Shown: positions 1-9,543, numbered from the stretch's first letter. The stretch is DNA of 64,000 bases from Candidatus Foliamicus sp. (GCA_965206955.1 OZ242252.1:2734963-2798962); one strand, 5' to 3'. Notes: generated from the letters alone by a model not told the origin. Translations and numbers: made by a program.

Positions 1-1053
1 GACGGTATCGCGCTGCGCTGGAAATCGTGGGCTTCCGGACAGCGAGAATTCGGGCTCGAAGGCATGCAAAGCGCCGGCCAACCTCCCGGGACGCTTGCCG
101 ACCCGCAGGCCGCCTGGCGCATCGCCACCGGCGCAGCCCTGCCCGCCGGCGCCGACACTGTCGTCCCCGTGGAAAAAATCGTTGCCGGAAATAACGCGGT
201 CCGCATGGACGACAACTATCGCCCCAAACGATCCCAGTTCATCCACAAGCGCGGCTCCGACCGGCGCGCCGGCGCCCTCCTGCTCAAGGCCGGCCAACCC
301 ATCGGCGGTGTCGAGATGGCCCTGCTCAGCGCCAACGGCGTGGCTAAGCCCTCAGTCGCCCCGGACCCGCAGATTGCCGTGATCTCCACCGGCGACGAGC
401 TGGTGGGCTTGACGTCCCGCCCGAAGCCGTGGCAAATCCGCTCCAGCAATGGCCCCGCCATGGCCGCTCTGCTGCAACGAAACGGTTACAGCAACGTCAA
501 GGCAACGCACGCGCCCGACGACCCGGCCGTGCTCGCGGAGCGCATCAAAGAGGCCCTCTCCCAAAGCGACACCTTGATCCTGAGCGGCGGCGTATCGAAG
601 GGCGCCAAAGACTACGTGCCCGGCGTCCTGACCAAGCTGGGCGCAAAGGCAATATTCCATCGTGTACGCCAGCGCCCCGGCTTCCCGCTGTGGTTCGGGA
701 CGCACGGTGAAACGATGATCTTCGGCCTGCCCGGTAACCCCGTTTCCAGCCTGGTCTGCCTGCGCCGCTACGTCATCCCCGCCCTCCAAATGGCTCAGGG
801 CGCCCGGCCGGAATCACCCCAATACGCGACCCTTGCCGAAGATGTAACCTTCAGGCCCGCCCTTACCTGGTTCCTCCCGGTCCGCCTCTCCACCGGCCAG
901 GACAACCAACTCCTCGCCCATCCCCGCCAAACCAACACCTCCGGCGACTTTGCCTCCCTGGCCCAAACCGATGGCTTCGCCCAGCTCCCCGCCGGCCGCA
1001 GCTACTTCACCAGCGGCTTCTCAACCCGCATATTCCGCTGGAACACTGCCTGA
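1..1053 (+). CDS. moeA: Molybdopterin molybdenumtransferase MoeA, 5' end outside window
   Basis: Frame 1 is open from base 1 (DGIALRW...). MoeA-like motifs are present: TGAALPAGADTVVPVE, ISTGDELV, LSGGVSKGAKDY, GLPGNPVSS. Confidence 0.85.
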   Translation, partial: DGIALRWKSWASGQREFGLEGMQSAGQPPGTLADPQAAWRIATGAALPAGADTVVPVEKIVAGNNAVRMDDNYRPKRSQFIHKRGSDRRAGALLLKAGQPIGGVEMALLSANGVAKPSVAPDPQIAVISTGDELVGLTSRPKPWQIRSSNGPAMAALLQRNGYSNVKATHAPDDPAVLAERIKEALSQSDTLILSGGVSKGAKDYVPGVLTKLGAKAIFHRVRQRPGFPLWFGTHGETMIFGLPGNPVSSLVCLRRYVIPALQMAQGARPESPQYATLAEDVTFRPALTWFLPVRLSTGQDNQLLAHPRQTNTSGDFASLAQTDGFAQLPAGRSYFTSGFSTRIFRWNTA

Positions 1054-1065
1054 TTCAGACAAGAA

Positions 1066-3825
1066 TCAGAAAAGGTGCCGGTAACTCACGTACAGAACTC
1101 GCCCGTCGAGACTGTATAGGTTATATGCCTGCGGTAGTGGAGAGGAGAATGAGCCGAGCTCCGGGTCCTCGTCGGTGAGATTCTTGACGCCCACCGTGAT
1201 GCGACCGTGCCAGGGCGTTTGCCACCGATAGAACAGGTCGTACTCCGTGTGCGGGGATATCGAAAACTCGGCCGCGGGTAACCCGAAACCGCCCACATAG
1301 TGGATATACGTCGATAAGGTGTGATTCCCGTAGCTCCAGTTTATTGCCGCGGAGCTGCGATCCGTGGGCCGTGCGCCGGCAGCCGCGGCTGCCCCGGATG
1401 CGGACCCAAGGCCCGAGCTCCATTGCGCCGCGCTACGCGATCGGGTTCGATGCCGGAGGATGACCCCGGCATACAGGGCGAAGTGGAAGTCGCCCAGCTT
1501 TGCCGTTTTGAGATCGTATGCCAGTTGAAAATCAACCCCCGTGAATTGCGCCCTGTAGGTGTTGTCCCAGGGAACGTCGGCTTCAACCAATGCTCCCGTG
1601 GCCGGGTCCCGCTTGAGGAGGCTGCCGGAACCGCAAAGGACAATTTCCGCCGGCGTCCCCGTATACCTCGTATTCTCGATTCGTCCCGTGTTCACGCACT
1701 GCCCCTCGAACTCCAGGCCGATCAAGCCCTGCAGGGGCGGCAAGGCAATCCCGTTTTCCAGGTTGACGTTCCAGTAGTCCAGGCGAGCCGTGAGCGAGTT
1801 CCACCCCATCACCACGCCGACGTTATAACTGTCGGACAATTCCGGCCGTAACGCCGGGTTGCCGCCGGTGTAGGTGGGAAATTCCCCTTCGTCACAATCC
1901 GACGGCGCGATGCCGTCGCGGCGGCACTTGACCAGGTCGAAGCTGCTCTGTAGCCACAACGAAGTCCCGTCGTACAGGTTGTTCATGCTGCCGGCGCGGA
2001 ACCCCTCGCCCCAGGAGGCCCGCAACAAGAGCCAGCCGGCGGGCTGGTAGCGCGCCGACAAATAGGAACTCAGTTCGCTACCGGCGGCATCGTCGTACTT
2101 GTCCCAGCGAACCGCCGCGCTTAGTTGCAGGTTGGGCAGGAGCGGAACCAGCGTTTCGCCGAACAGCGCCTTGATCACCCGTTCACCCGAACCGTTAATG
2201 CCGGCGCGGCCAAGCAGATCTCCCCCCGCGGTCAAGGGGTCGTAGATGTCACGGTACTTCTCGTCAAAGTAGTCAAAGCCCAGGGCCCAACTCACCGGAC
2301 CGCCGGGACTCGTGAACATGTCAAAGCCAACGTTGCCGCTGTAGGAATAGAAGTCGGCGCGGGAATCGCGGGTGGAGTTTGCGCTGAGGTCGCCGTAAGC
2401 GGCATCGTTGCCTGAGCTTAAGGGATCAAACGGGTTGTAGCGGCCCTGTGAAATAAGTTGCGAGGTGGTGAACGACTTGGGGAAGCAGCAACTGTTCTCC
2501 CGGCCGTCGTAGCGGGTGTGCCGGGCTTCGAACTCGTATTCGAAGATGCCCACCGTGCCATAGGCCAAAAGCGCGTTCTCATAGAGTGTCTGCAAGGCCT
2601 TGAAATCGCGGTTGTCCAGTCCTGCGAATCGATGCCGCAGCGTGTAGGGAAGCAGTTCGGGGTAAGGAACATCAAAGTCGAATCCCTGCTTCAGCCCGGC
2701 AGCTGAAGCCTCGGTCAGCAGGATGTCGCCCGGCGGGGGCGCGAAGCGTCCATGCACGTCTTTGGTGCTGAACAGCGACTGGAGACGCAGCGTGTGAGTG
2801 GGCGTCAATTCGTAATCGGCATGCAAGAAGATACTTGCGCGCTTCAAGTCGCTGGTTTCCCACGCGGAGGTGGCGTAATGGAAACCGCAATGCTGTTCGC
2901 CGGTACGAGCGATGTAGGGTCCTGCCAGCACCCGTTCGCCGGTAGCCGGATCCACGGCCTGCTCGCAATTCGGCGCGGCCAGGTAATGGGGCCAGATGGT
3001 ATTACCCCAGGAGCTCACGTTGTCGGCGTTTCCCCAGGCATGCCAGGTTGCGGGAAACGGGGCATTGGGGTAATCCGCCGCACCGGCGGCATAGCCTGTG
3101 CCCCCCCTGGTGTAGAAACGATCCGCAGAGGCAATGTGGGCCTTGTTGCGGAAATCAGCGCTGAACACGTAGCGCCCCCGATCCGTGGCGCCGCCAAGCG
3201 TAATCACGCCGGATTCCGCGTCTGCGCCTTCGCGGGTGGGCTGATCCAGCGATGCCCCTATCTCAATGCCCTCGTAGTCCTTGCGCAGGATGATGTTGAT
3301 AACGCCTCCGATCGCATCGGAACCGTAGATGGCCGAGGCGCTGTCGGTGAGAATCTCGATGCGCTCAACGGCCGCCAGCGGGATAATGTTGAGGTCAACA
3401 GCCTGGTTGGCCGTGACCGGCGAACGCGGCATGCGCCGGCCGTCCAGCAGTACCAGGCTGCGGTTTGCGCCAATCCCGTGCAAATCGATGGTGGCCTGCC
3501 CGATCCACGCGTTGCCCGAAACCTCGCGCGAGGAGCCGAAACTGTTCACCGGGCTGTTCCGCAGCACATCAGCCACTGATTCCTGGCCGCTCAGCTCGAT
3601 GTCCTCGCGCGTAATAATGACTACCGGGCGGGCTTCCTCCACGTCGATTCGCTTGATCCGCGAGCCGGTAACCACCTGACGGCCGAGCTCCAGGACATCC
3701 TTTTCCTCATCATCCGCGCCGTCTTCCTGACCCGTTGCCACGGAGGCAATAAACAGCGCGGCGATCGCACCTGCGCACAATACCGACCGGAGTGCTTGGC
3801 CCATAACGTCACGATCGGATTTCAT
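1066..3825 (-). CDS. TonB-dependent outer-membrane receptor
   Basis: Signal peptide from MKSDRD. Plug-domain motifs (VVTGSRI, ADVLRNSPVN, IEILTDSASAIYGSDAIGGVINII). Long beta-barrel region ending ...SYRHLF with a terminal aromatic. Start placed at the internal Met; the ORF extends to 3891. Confidence 0.9.
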   Translation of the reverse strand: MKSDRDVMGQALRSVLCAGAIAALFIASVATGQEDGADDEEKDVLELGRQVVTGSRIKRIDVEEARPVVIITREDIELSGQESVADVLRNSPVNSFGSSREVSGNAWIGQATIDLHGIGANRSLVLLDGRRMPRSPVTANQAVDLNIIPLAAVERIEILTDSASAIYGSDAIGGVINIILRKDYEGIEIGASLDQPTREGADAESGVITLGGATDRGRYVFSADFRNKAHIASADRFYTRGGTGYAAGAADYPNAPFPATWHAWGNADNVSSWGNTIWPHYLAAPNCEQAVDPATGERVLAGPYIARTGEQHCGFHYATSAWETSDLKRASIFLHADYELTPTHTLRLQSLFSTKDVHGRFAPPPGDILLTEASAAGLKQGFDFDVPYPELLPYTLRHRFAGLDNRDFKALQTLYENALLAYGTVGIFEYEFEARHTRYDGRENSCCFPKSFTTSQLISQGRYNPFDPLSSGNDAAYGDLSANSTRDSRADFYSYSGNVGFDMFTSPGGPVSWALGFDYFDEKYRDIYDPLTAGGDLLGRAGINGSGERVIKALFGETLVPLLPNLQLSAAVRWDKYDDAAGSELSSYLSARYQPAGWLLLRASWGEGFRAGSMNNLYDGTSLWLQSSFDLVKCRRDGIAPSDCDEGEFPTYTGGNPALRPELSDSYNVGVVMGWNSLTARLDYWNVNLENGIALPPLQGLIGLEFEGQCVNTGRIENTRYTGTPAEIVLCGSGSLLKRDPATGALVEADVPWDNTYRAQFTGVDFQLAYDLKTAKLGDFHFALYAGVILRHRTRSRSAAQWSSGLGSASGAAAAAGARPTDRSSAAINWSYGNHTLSTYIHYVGGFGLPAAEFSISPHTEYDLFYRWQTPWHGRITVGVKNLTDEDPELGSFSSPLPQAYNLYSLDGRVLYVSYRHLF

Positions 3826-3940
3826 CAGTTGCCAATTCTTACCGCAAGTTGCTCTCCACACCACACTACTTCGCCCTACACTTACGAGCAATCATGATAC
3901 CCAAGGAAGCAAAGAAACAATGGAACGAGCGCAACCCTCC

Positions 3941-3994
3941 CTGGGAACGAGGGCATCCTGCCCTCGACGAGGGCGGGACGCCCTCGCCCCCAGG
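3941..3994. repeat. REP-like palindromic element (GGGAACGAGGGC..GCCCTCG family)
   Basis: ctgggaacgagggcatcctgccctcgacgagggcgggacgccctcgcccccagg: two GAGGGC-N5-GCCCTC hairpins. Same family as 6563, 8023, 10215, 16373 and 19999. Confidence 0.85.
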
Positions 3995-4025
3995 CGGGTT
4001 ACGTGTGAAGACAAACGCCTGATAC

Positions 4026-4046
4026 GTGTACCGTGACGCGGTACAC
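4026..4046. promoter_or_regulatory. Putative HigA operator palindrome
   Basis: GTGTACCG-tgacg-CGGTACAC lies 28 bp upstream of orphan higA. Near-identical palindrome GTGTATCG-cggca-CGGTACAC sits upstream of higBA at 21291-21311. Confidence 0.45.
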
Positions 4047-4073
4047 TCAAGTACATATTAGAAGGCAGGATCG

Positions 4074-4370
4074 ATGCCCATGAAGAACCCACCGCATCCT
4101 GGCCGAAGCATAAAGGAGAACTGCTTGGAGGCGCTTGGATTGAATGTCACGAAAGCGGCGAGGATATTGGGCGTGGCCCGGCATTCCCTTTCGCGCCTGC
4201 TGCACGGCCATGCCGCGATTTCAACTGAAATGGCCGTGCGCCTTGAAAAAGCCGGCTGGTCCAACGCAGAATTCTGGCTGCGACGCCAGACCAGCTATGA
4301 CTTGGCGCAAGTGCGACGGACACAAGATCAAATAAAGGTAAAACGCTACCAGCCTGTGCCAACGGTGTGA
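4074..4370 (+). CDS. higA: HigA-family HTH antitoxin, orphan (no adjacent higB)
   Basis: [38 protein letters not shown]...[10 protein letters not shown]. Closely similar to the HigA at 20694-20990. Confidence 0.85.
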   Translation: MPMKNPPHPGRSIKENCLEALGLNVTKAARILGVARHSLSRLLHGHAAISTEMAVRLEKAGWSNAEFWLRRQTSYDLAQVRRTQDQIKVKRYQPVPTV

Positions 4371-4446
4371 TGCCGTATTAAATCACCTCCACGTCCTAAC
4401 TTGGATGTGGGGTTCGCCTCCAGCTTTTTCTCTATAGCATCTGTTG

Positions 4447-4523
4447 TGAGCGACGCCATGAGTCAAAGCGCTTTGATCGCATTTTGCGGTATTGATGGAT
4501 GCGGGAAGACAACGCAGCAGCCT
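4447..4523 (+). pseudogene. Thymidylate-kinase-like N-terminal fragment
   Basis: MSQSALIAFCGIDGCGKTTQQP then a stop. P-loop GIDGxGKTTQ is typical of Tmk-like kinases; only 22 codons remain. Confidence 0.5.
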
Positions 4524-4569
4524 TGAACGTGACATAGCCAGGCTTCATGAAGGCCTGTAGAAGCCGCCC

Positions 4570-4760
4570 ATGCACCCTCGCCCAAGCCCTATCGTTTGAA
4601 GCCGGTAGCTATGGGAGAAGTAGTTGGGCCACACAACCTGGGAGGCACTGTTTCTGGCGAATCGAATTGAGGACGAGGAGATCACCCGGAAGCTTCATCG
4701 ACGAGATATGAACCCATGGGGAACCCGCACAATCTATTGCTAACAAGAGCCGCAATCGCT
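4570..4760 (+). pseudogene. Degenerate vapB'-vapC' remnant
   Basis: DNA-level similarity to 5940-6120 (PKPYRLKPVAMGEVVGPHNL.. versus PKPYRMKPVAMGPVVGPYNL..), with a frameshift and early stops. Confidence 0.5.
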
Positions 4761-4862
4761 ACACTCAATTTCGTATCAAAATGCGCCGCGCCGTACGCTG
4801 CAATCCAAGAGAGCATCAGCTCCGCGTACGGTTGCGGCAACTTCACCTTCTCGTTTTCCGTT

Positions 4863-5491
4863 ATGCGCAGATACGCGGTGCTTATTGACGCGGGCTTCTT
4901 GACGCGGGCTTCTTGAAGCGAAAACTCGGGTCACGGGACCGTCCGCTCACTGCGGATTCAGTTCAAGATTTCGTCAATCGGCTTGCATTACTCCGGGCTC
5001 TCCAAGACCTGCACCTTCATCGGGTCTACTTCTATGACGCACCGCCACTCAAAACAACTCAACGAAAGCCGCTTTCTGGCGATAGGGTCCACTTTGCGAA
5101 TTCGCGGCTTGCTTTGAATAACCAACGCTTACATAAGGAGTTGCGGCTTGTGCCCTATGTTGCGCTTCGAATGGGAGATCTCAAATTTCGGGGTTGGACA
5201 CTCAACGCACATCAACTGCCCGCTAACCAGCCTGAGATGAAGATCACGTCTGAGCACTTGGTGCCAAACGTTCACCAAAAGGGAGTCGATATGCGTGTCG
5301 GCCTCGATATAGCGTCGCTGACTTTGAAAAACCAGGTTGAAGTGATCGTTCTTGTGACCGGCGATAGCGATTTTGTGCCGGCTATGAAATTTGCTCGGCG
5401 CGAGGGTGCGCAGCTATTTCTTGTTACCTTCGGACATTCGGTCACGGAAGAAATGCGTGAACATGCTGACTTGATGCTGGACATGGATTAG
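4863..5491 (+). pseudogene. NYN-domain (LabA/DUF88-like) ribonuclease gene, frameshifted by a 14-bp tandem duplication
   Basis: N-terminus MRRYAVLIDAGFL (4863-) and the body from 4913 (..VLVTGDSDFVPAMKFARREGAQLFLV) are in different frames. Removing one copy of gacgcgggcttctt restores ...IDAGFLKRKLGS... in one frame. Confidence 0.75.
4887..4914. repeat. Perfect 2 x 14 bp tandem duplication (gacgcgggcttctt)
   Basis: Read directly: 4887-4900 is identical to 4901-4914. Confidence 0.9.
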
Positions 5492-5582
5492 ACGCTGCTG
5501 AATGCCGCAGTAAATCGCCTTCACGACAAATTGATCCAACAGGTTCTTCTAGTACTGGACTCGGCAAGCGAATTGAGCTGGG

Positions 5583-5780
5583 GGTTCGCCTCCTGCTTGT
5601 TCTGTTGTCTGCCCTGGATCGGCAGTATCACCTGAGAACCGTCATCAAGCCCGCGCTTGCGGCCGGAAAAATCGTGCTTTGCAGCCGCTACTACTATTCA
5701 GCCATTGAAAGTAGCCTAACAGGCGTCGCCGCAGCAATGACAATTGATGACTTGATGCTCTGCAACATGATGCTATTATG
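5583..5780 (+). pseudogene. Thymidylate-kinase-like internal fragment
   Basis: ELGVRLLLVLLSALDRQYHLRTVIKPALAAGKIVLCSRYYYS resembles the Tmk mid-region (..DR..H....I.PAL.AGK.VLCDRY..S). No N- or C-terminal continuation. Confidence 0.45.
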
Positions 5781-5804
5781 ACGCGGAGCCATTGTTCGGA
5801 GCCC

Positions 5805-6077
5805 ATGATGCGAACCACCCTGACAATTGATGACAAGATCGCCAGGCAGCTGAAGGAAATCGCCTATCGAACCGGCAGGTCCTTCAAGACGGTGGTCAAT
5901 GATTCCCTGCGCGCCGGTATTTCCGGCAAACCAGACGTGCCGGCGCCCAAACCCTATCGCATGAAGCCGGTCGCCATGGGACCGGTAGTAGGCCCATACA
6001 ACCTCGATAAAACACTGAATCTGGCGGATCAGATTGAAGACCAGGAGATTGCCCGCAAGCTTCAACTGCGAAAATGA
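5805..6077 (+). CDS. vapB: VapB-type antitoxin
   Basis: MMRTTLTIDDKIARQLKEIAYRTGRSFKTVVNDSLRAGI. Its stop overlaps the vapC start (ATGA at 6074-6077). Confidence 0.8.
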   Translation: MMRTTLTIDDKIARQLKEIAYRTGRSFKTVVNDSLRAGISGKPDVPAPKPYRMKPVAMGPVVGPYNLDKTLNLADQIEDQEIARKLQLRK

Positions 6078-6511
6078 TACTCATCGACGCCAATCTGTTG
6101 ATCTACGCCATCAACCGGGATGCTCCCCACCACAAGGCTGCGAGAAAGTGGTTCGAGAAGGCTCTCTCCAGCGGCGAGCACATGGGACTGCCATGGATTT
6201 GTCTCCTGGCCTTCCTGCGAATCACAACTCGACCGGGCATACTCGCCAATCCTCTTACGGTCGAACAAGCTGCGGGATTTGTCGAAGAATGGTTGAAGCA
6301 ACCGTCTGTGGAGGCGGTTTCGCCGGGCCCCGGGCATTGGCCCATTCTCCGGCATTTGCTCCATTCGGCCGGCACGGCGGGTAATCTGACCTCAGACCTG
6401 CATCTGGCCGCCATGGCGATCGAAGTGGGCGCCCCTATCTATTCCGCCGATTATGACTTTCAGCGTTTTGCGGGACTCGATCACGTCAATCCACTCGGCG
6501 AAATCACGTAA
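6074..6511 (+). CDS. vapC: VapC PIN-domain toxin
   Basis: MILIDANLLIYA..., ...NLTSDLHLAAMAIEVGAPIYSADYDF: the acidic PIN residues are in their usual places. Confidence 0.9.
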   Translation: MILIDANLLIYAINRDAPHHKAARKWFEKALSSGEHMGLPWICLLAFLRITTRPGILANPLTVEQAAGFVEEWLKQPSVEAVSPGPGHWPILRHLLHSAGTAGNLTSDLHLAAMAIEVGAPIYSADYDFQRFAGLDHVNPLGEIT

Positions 6512-6562
6512 ATCGCGCAGTTTCCCAAGCTGATGCAGCGCTGGGCGCTTTGGGGGAAACGC

Positions 6563-6640
6563 CCTGGGAACGAGGGCTTCCAGCCCTCGACGAGGACAAG
6601 ATGTCCTCGTTCCCAGGGAGGGAAGCCCTCGTTCCCAGCG
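6563..6640. repeat. REP-like palindromic element cluster
   Basis: cctgggaacgagggcttccagccctcgacgaggacaagatgtcctcgttcccaggg...gccctcgttcccag, between the convergent vapC and aminotransferase genes. Confidence 0.85.
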
Positions 6641-6645
6641 GGGGG

Positions 6646-7980
6646 TCAGGCGAGGGAGTCGAGGGAGGTGGCTAGCCTTTCTACGATTTCGGTGATGTGT
6701 TGTTCTTCGGCGATGAGTGCCGGGCATAGGGCTACGGTTTCGCCGGTGGCGCGGACCAGCAGGCCGTTGTCGTAGCAGTTGCGAAAGACTTCCTGGGCGC
6801 GGGCCGTGGGCTTGTCGGGGATCGGCTCCAGCTCGACTGCGCCCAGCATGCCGAAATCGCGGATGTCGATCACGTAGGGCTTGCCCTTGAGCGCCTGCAA
6901 TGCGCCGCCCAGCACAGCGCCCATTTCCTTGGCCCGCGCGAACAGGCCCTCGTTCTGGTACACATCCAGGGCCGCGTGTCCCGCCGCCACCGCCAGCGGA
7001 TGTCCTGAATACGTATAGCCGTGGGCAAACTCGATGAGTTGCTCGGGGCCCTTCATGAAATCGTCGTAGATCTGCTCGCGCACCAGCACCCCGCCCATCG
7101 GCACCGAACCGCTGGTCAGGCCTTTTGCAATCGTAATGAGATCGGGCGTTACGCCGAATGTCTGCGAGGCAAACGCTTCACCGGTTCGCCCGAAGCCGGT
7201 AATGACTTCGTCGAAGATCAGCAGCAGTCCGTGGCGGTCGCAAATCTCCCGAATTTGCTCCAGATAACCCTTGGGCGGCATCAGCACCCCACCCGAACAG
7301 GCAATCGGTTCCACAATCACGGCAGCGATGGTGGAGGCGTCGTGCAATGCCACGATGCGCTCCAGTTCGTCGGCCAGATGACCGCCCCACTCCGGCTGTC
7401 CGCGGCTGTACGCCTGATGCTCCAGGTCCTGCGTGTGGCGCAGATGGTCCACGCCCGGCAGCAAGGCCCCAAACAGCTTGCGGTTCGGCGCGATTCCGCC
7501 CACCGAAATGCCGCCGAAACCCACGCCGTGGTAGCCCTTCTCTCGCCCGATCAGGCGCACCCGCTGCCCCTCGCCGCGCACCCGATGCCAGGCAATCGCA
7601 ATCTTCAGCGCCGTATCGACCGCCTCCGAACCGGAATTGGCGAAGAACACACGGGATATGCCCTCAGGCGCGATTTCAGCCAGCCGGTTGGCCAGTTCAA
7701 ACGTGCGCGGATAGCCCATCTGAAAGGCCGTGTAGTAATCCAGCTTGGCCGCCTGCTCCTGAATGGCCGAGACGATGTGCGGATGGCAGTGTCCCGCATT
7801 GCAGCACCACAGCCCCGACACGCCGTCGAGCACCTGCCTCCCGGTGTGCGTCGTGTAATACATGCCCTGGGCTTCGGAAACGAAGCGGGGATCGCGCTTG
7901 AACTGACGGTTCGCCGTAAACGGCATCCAATACGCCTGCAAATCGGGCAGGTCGTTGGTCACATTTTTGTTCGTATCCAT
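6646..7980 (-). CDS. Class-III PLP aminotransferase (omega-amino acid / beta-alanine-pyruvate type)
   Basis: MDTNKN...FANSGSEAVDTALK, DEVITGFGRTG, TIAKGLTSG (PLP lysine context). Start set at 7980; the ORF extension to 8154 is only a translation of REP repeats. Confidence 0.9.
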   Translation of the reverse strand: MDTNKNVTNDLPDLQAYWMPFTANRQFKRDPRFVSEAQGMYYTTHTGRQVLDGVSGLWCCNAGHCHPHIVSAIQEQAAKLDYYTAFQMGYPRTFELANRLAEIAPEGISRVFFANSGSEAVDTALKIAIAWHRVRGEGQRVRLIGREKGYHGVGFGGISVGGIAPNRKLFGALLPGVDHLRHTQDLEHQAYSRGQPEWGGHLADELERIVALHDASTIAAVIVEPIACSGGVLMPPKGYLEQIREICDRHGLLLIFDEVITGFGRTGEAFASQTFGVTPDLITIAKGLTSGSVPMGGVLVREQIYDDFMKGPEQLIEFAHGYTYSGHPLAVAAGHAALDVYQNEGLFARAKEMGAVLGGALQALKGKPYVIDIRDFGMLGAVELEPIPDKPTARAQEVFRNCYDNGLLVRATGETVALCPALIAEEQHITEIVERLATSLDSLA

Positions 7981-8022
7981 GGGCCGGTAGCCTACCAGCC
8001 CAAAGCCCCCTCGCCCACCCCC

Positions 8023-8192
8023 CTGGGAACGAGGGCATCTTGCCCTCGACGCTGGGAACGAGGGCATCTTGCCCTCAACGCTGGGAACGAGGGCATCTTG
8101 CCCTCGACGCTGGGAACGAGGGCATCTTGCCCTCGACGCTGGGAACGAGGGCATCTTGCCCTCGACGAGGGCTGGAAGCCCTCGTTCCCAGG
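8023..8192. repeat. Five tandem 29-bp REP-like units plus a terminal inverted unit
   Basis: ctgggaacgagggcatcttgccctcgacg repeated head-to-tail at 8023, 8052, 8081, 8110 and 8139 (one C>A variant), then agggctggaagccctcgttcccagg. Lies in the divergent intergenic region. Confidence 0.9.
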
Positions 8193-8270
8193 CCGGGGCG
8201 CACCCCAGCGTAGTGCATCAACCATTGTGGTAGGGTGGCTGCAAGCAATTCAACGATGCAGGATCGACCA

Positions 8271-9518
8271 ATGAGTCACGAAAAGCACTACAAACGCAGC
8301 TGGATGTTTCCGCTGATCCTTCTAACTCTGGTTGCATCGCCGGCCCTTGCCGAGGAAGAGTCGGTGATGGTGCTCGAAGGCACTACAGCCGCGCCGTACG
8401 ACAATGGCGACTTCACGGTGTTTGACCAAAGACGTGCTTGGGACCTGGCCAGACGGGAAGAATGGAAGAAAACGGCGGCGCCGGGTGAAAGGGCGCCCAT
8501 CGCAGCCCAAGGCGCCATTGCCCAGGCACAGATTGGTCCCGACGGCAAGTTCCGCCTGGAAATCGCCGTAGACAAGCCCCGAACAGCCTTTTTCGCCGTC
8601 CTCAACGCAGTGAGTCCCACTGGTAATCGCTGGGGGGCGGTCAAGATGGGCAATAACTTCATCCTGGAGCCCGGAAAGCTCAAGTTGAGGATGATACGGA
8701 GCGATTATTCCGTCATAACGGGCGGTCACTACAACGATGCCGTGTTCAACTCCTGGCGCCTGTCGGAGGAACACAAGGCAGCGCGGTCGGAATACGATCA
8801 GTTGCGCGAACCCGTGCAGGACGAGCCCGAGCAAGCCAAGCGACGCCGTTTGGATCGCATAGGAGAGGTTTACAGCAGAGTAATGCAGCTTGAGAGCGAA
8901 GGCAGGTCCAAAGTCGCTCTAACCCATCCTGACCTGCAGGTAAGGCGGTTGGTTATCGAGTCGGCCTGGGCAATTGGGCCCTGGGCGGACGAAGCAGTGC
9001 GCGGACTTGCGGTACTGACGCCCGAGGACCCGTGGGTCGTCAAACGTCTCGCCGGGATAGAAGCCGCTGAGGCGAATGCGGAGAAGTACAGGCAATTGCG
9101 GGTGGGCGAGAGCGTCCTGGACTTCACCGCCGACACGCTCGACGGCGAGAAGGTGAAACTGGCCGACTTGCGGGCCGACAGCCGCTACTTGCTGGTCGAA
9201 TTCTGGGCGTCCTGGTGCGGCCCCTGCCGGGTGGAAATACCGCACATGAAGCAAGCCTATGCGCGTTTCCGCGACAAGGGTTTCGAGATCGTCTCGTTCA
9301 CGATCGACGAAGAGCGCGACGACTGGGAAGAAGCCTCGGCCGAGGAAGAAATTCCGTGGTTTGACCTGGGGATGGGACCGGAAGCTGATGCTCCAAAGGC
9401 CTACAACGTCAGGGGTGTGCCCGACAACTACCTCGTGGAATCAAGCTCCGGAGAGATAGTCGCGACGGATCTCCGGCGCCACAAGCTCGACGAGAAGCTC
9501 GAAGAGCTGCTCAACTAG
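8271..9518 (+). CDS. Secreted TlpA/redoxin-like thiol-disulfide oxidoreductase with long N-terminal domain
   Basis: Signal peptide (WMFPLILLTLVASPALA). C-terminal thioredoxin fold with WASWCGPC. Confidence 0.8.
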   Translation: MSHEKHYKRSWMFPLILLTLVASPALAEEESVMVLEGTTAAPYDNGDFTVFDQRRAWDLARREEWKKTAAPGERAPIAAQGAIAQAQIGPDGKFRLEIAVDKPRTAFFAVLNAVSPTGNRWGAVKMGNNFILEPGKLKLRMIRSDYSVITGGHYNDAVFNSWRLSEEHKAARSEYDQLREPVQDEPEQAKRRRLDRIGEVYSRVMQLESEGRSKVALTHPDLQVRRLVIESAWAIGPWADEAVRGLAVLTPEDPWVVKRLAGIEAAEANAEKYRQLRVGESVLDFTADTLDGEKVKLADLRADSRYLLVEFWASWCGPCRVEIPHMKQAYARFRDKGFEIVSFTIDEERDDWEEASAEEEIPWFDLGMGPEADAPKAYNVRGVPDNYLVESSSGEIVATDLRRHKLDEKLEELLN

Positions 9519-9543
9519 GATCCACCTGGGACCGACAAAAAAG

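Noticed and set aside
8023-8192. Possible CRISPR array (regular 29-bp repeats)
   Set aside because: The repeats are directly adjacent with no spacers. They belong to the dispersed REP-like family, and no cas genes or leader are nearby.
7021-8274. 417-aa ORF antisense to the aminotransferase gene (and nested ORFs at 7347-7901 and 7697-8038)
   Set aside because: Same reasoning as above. The aminotransferase frame carries clear class-III PLP motifs, and the antisense frame runs on into REP repeats.
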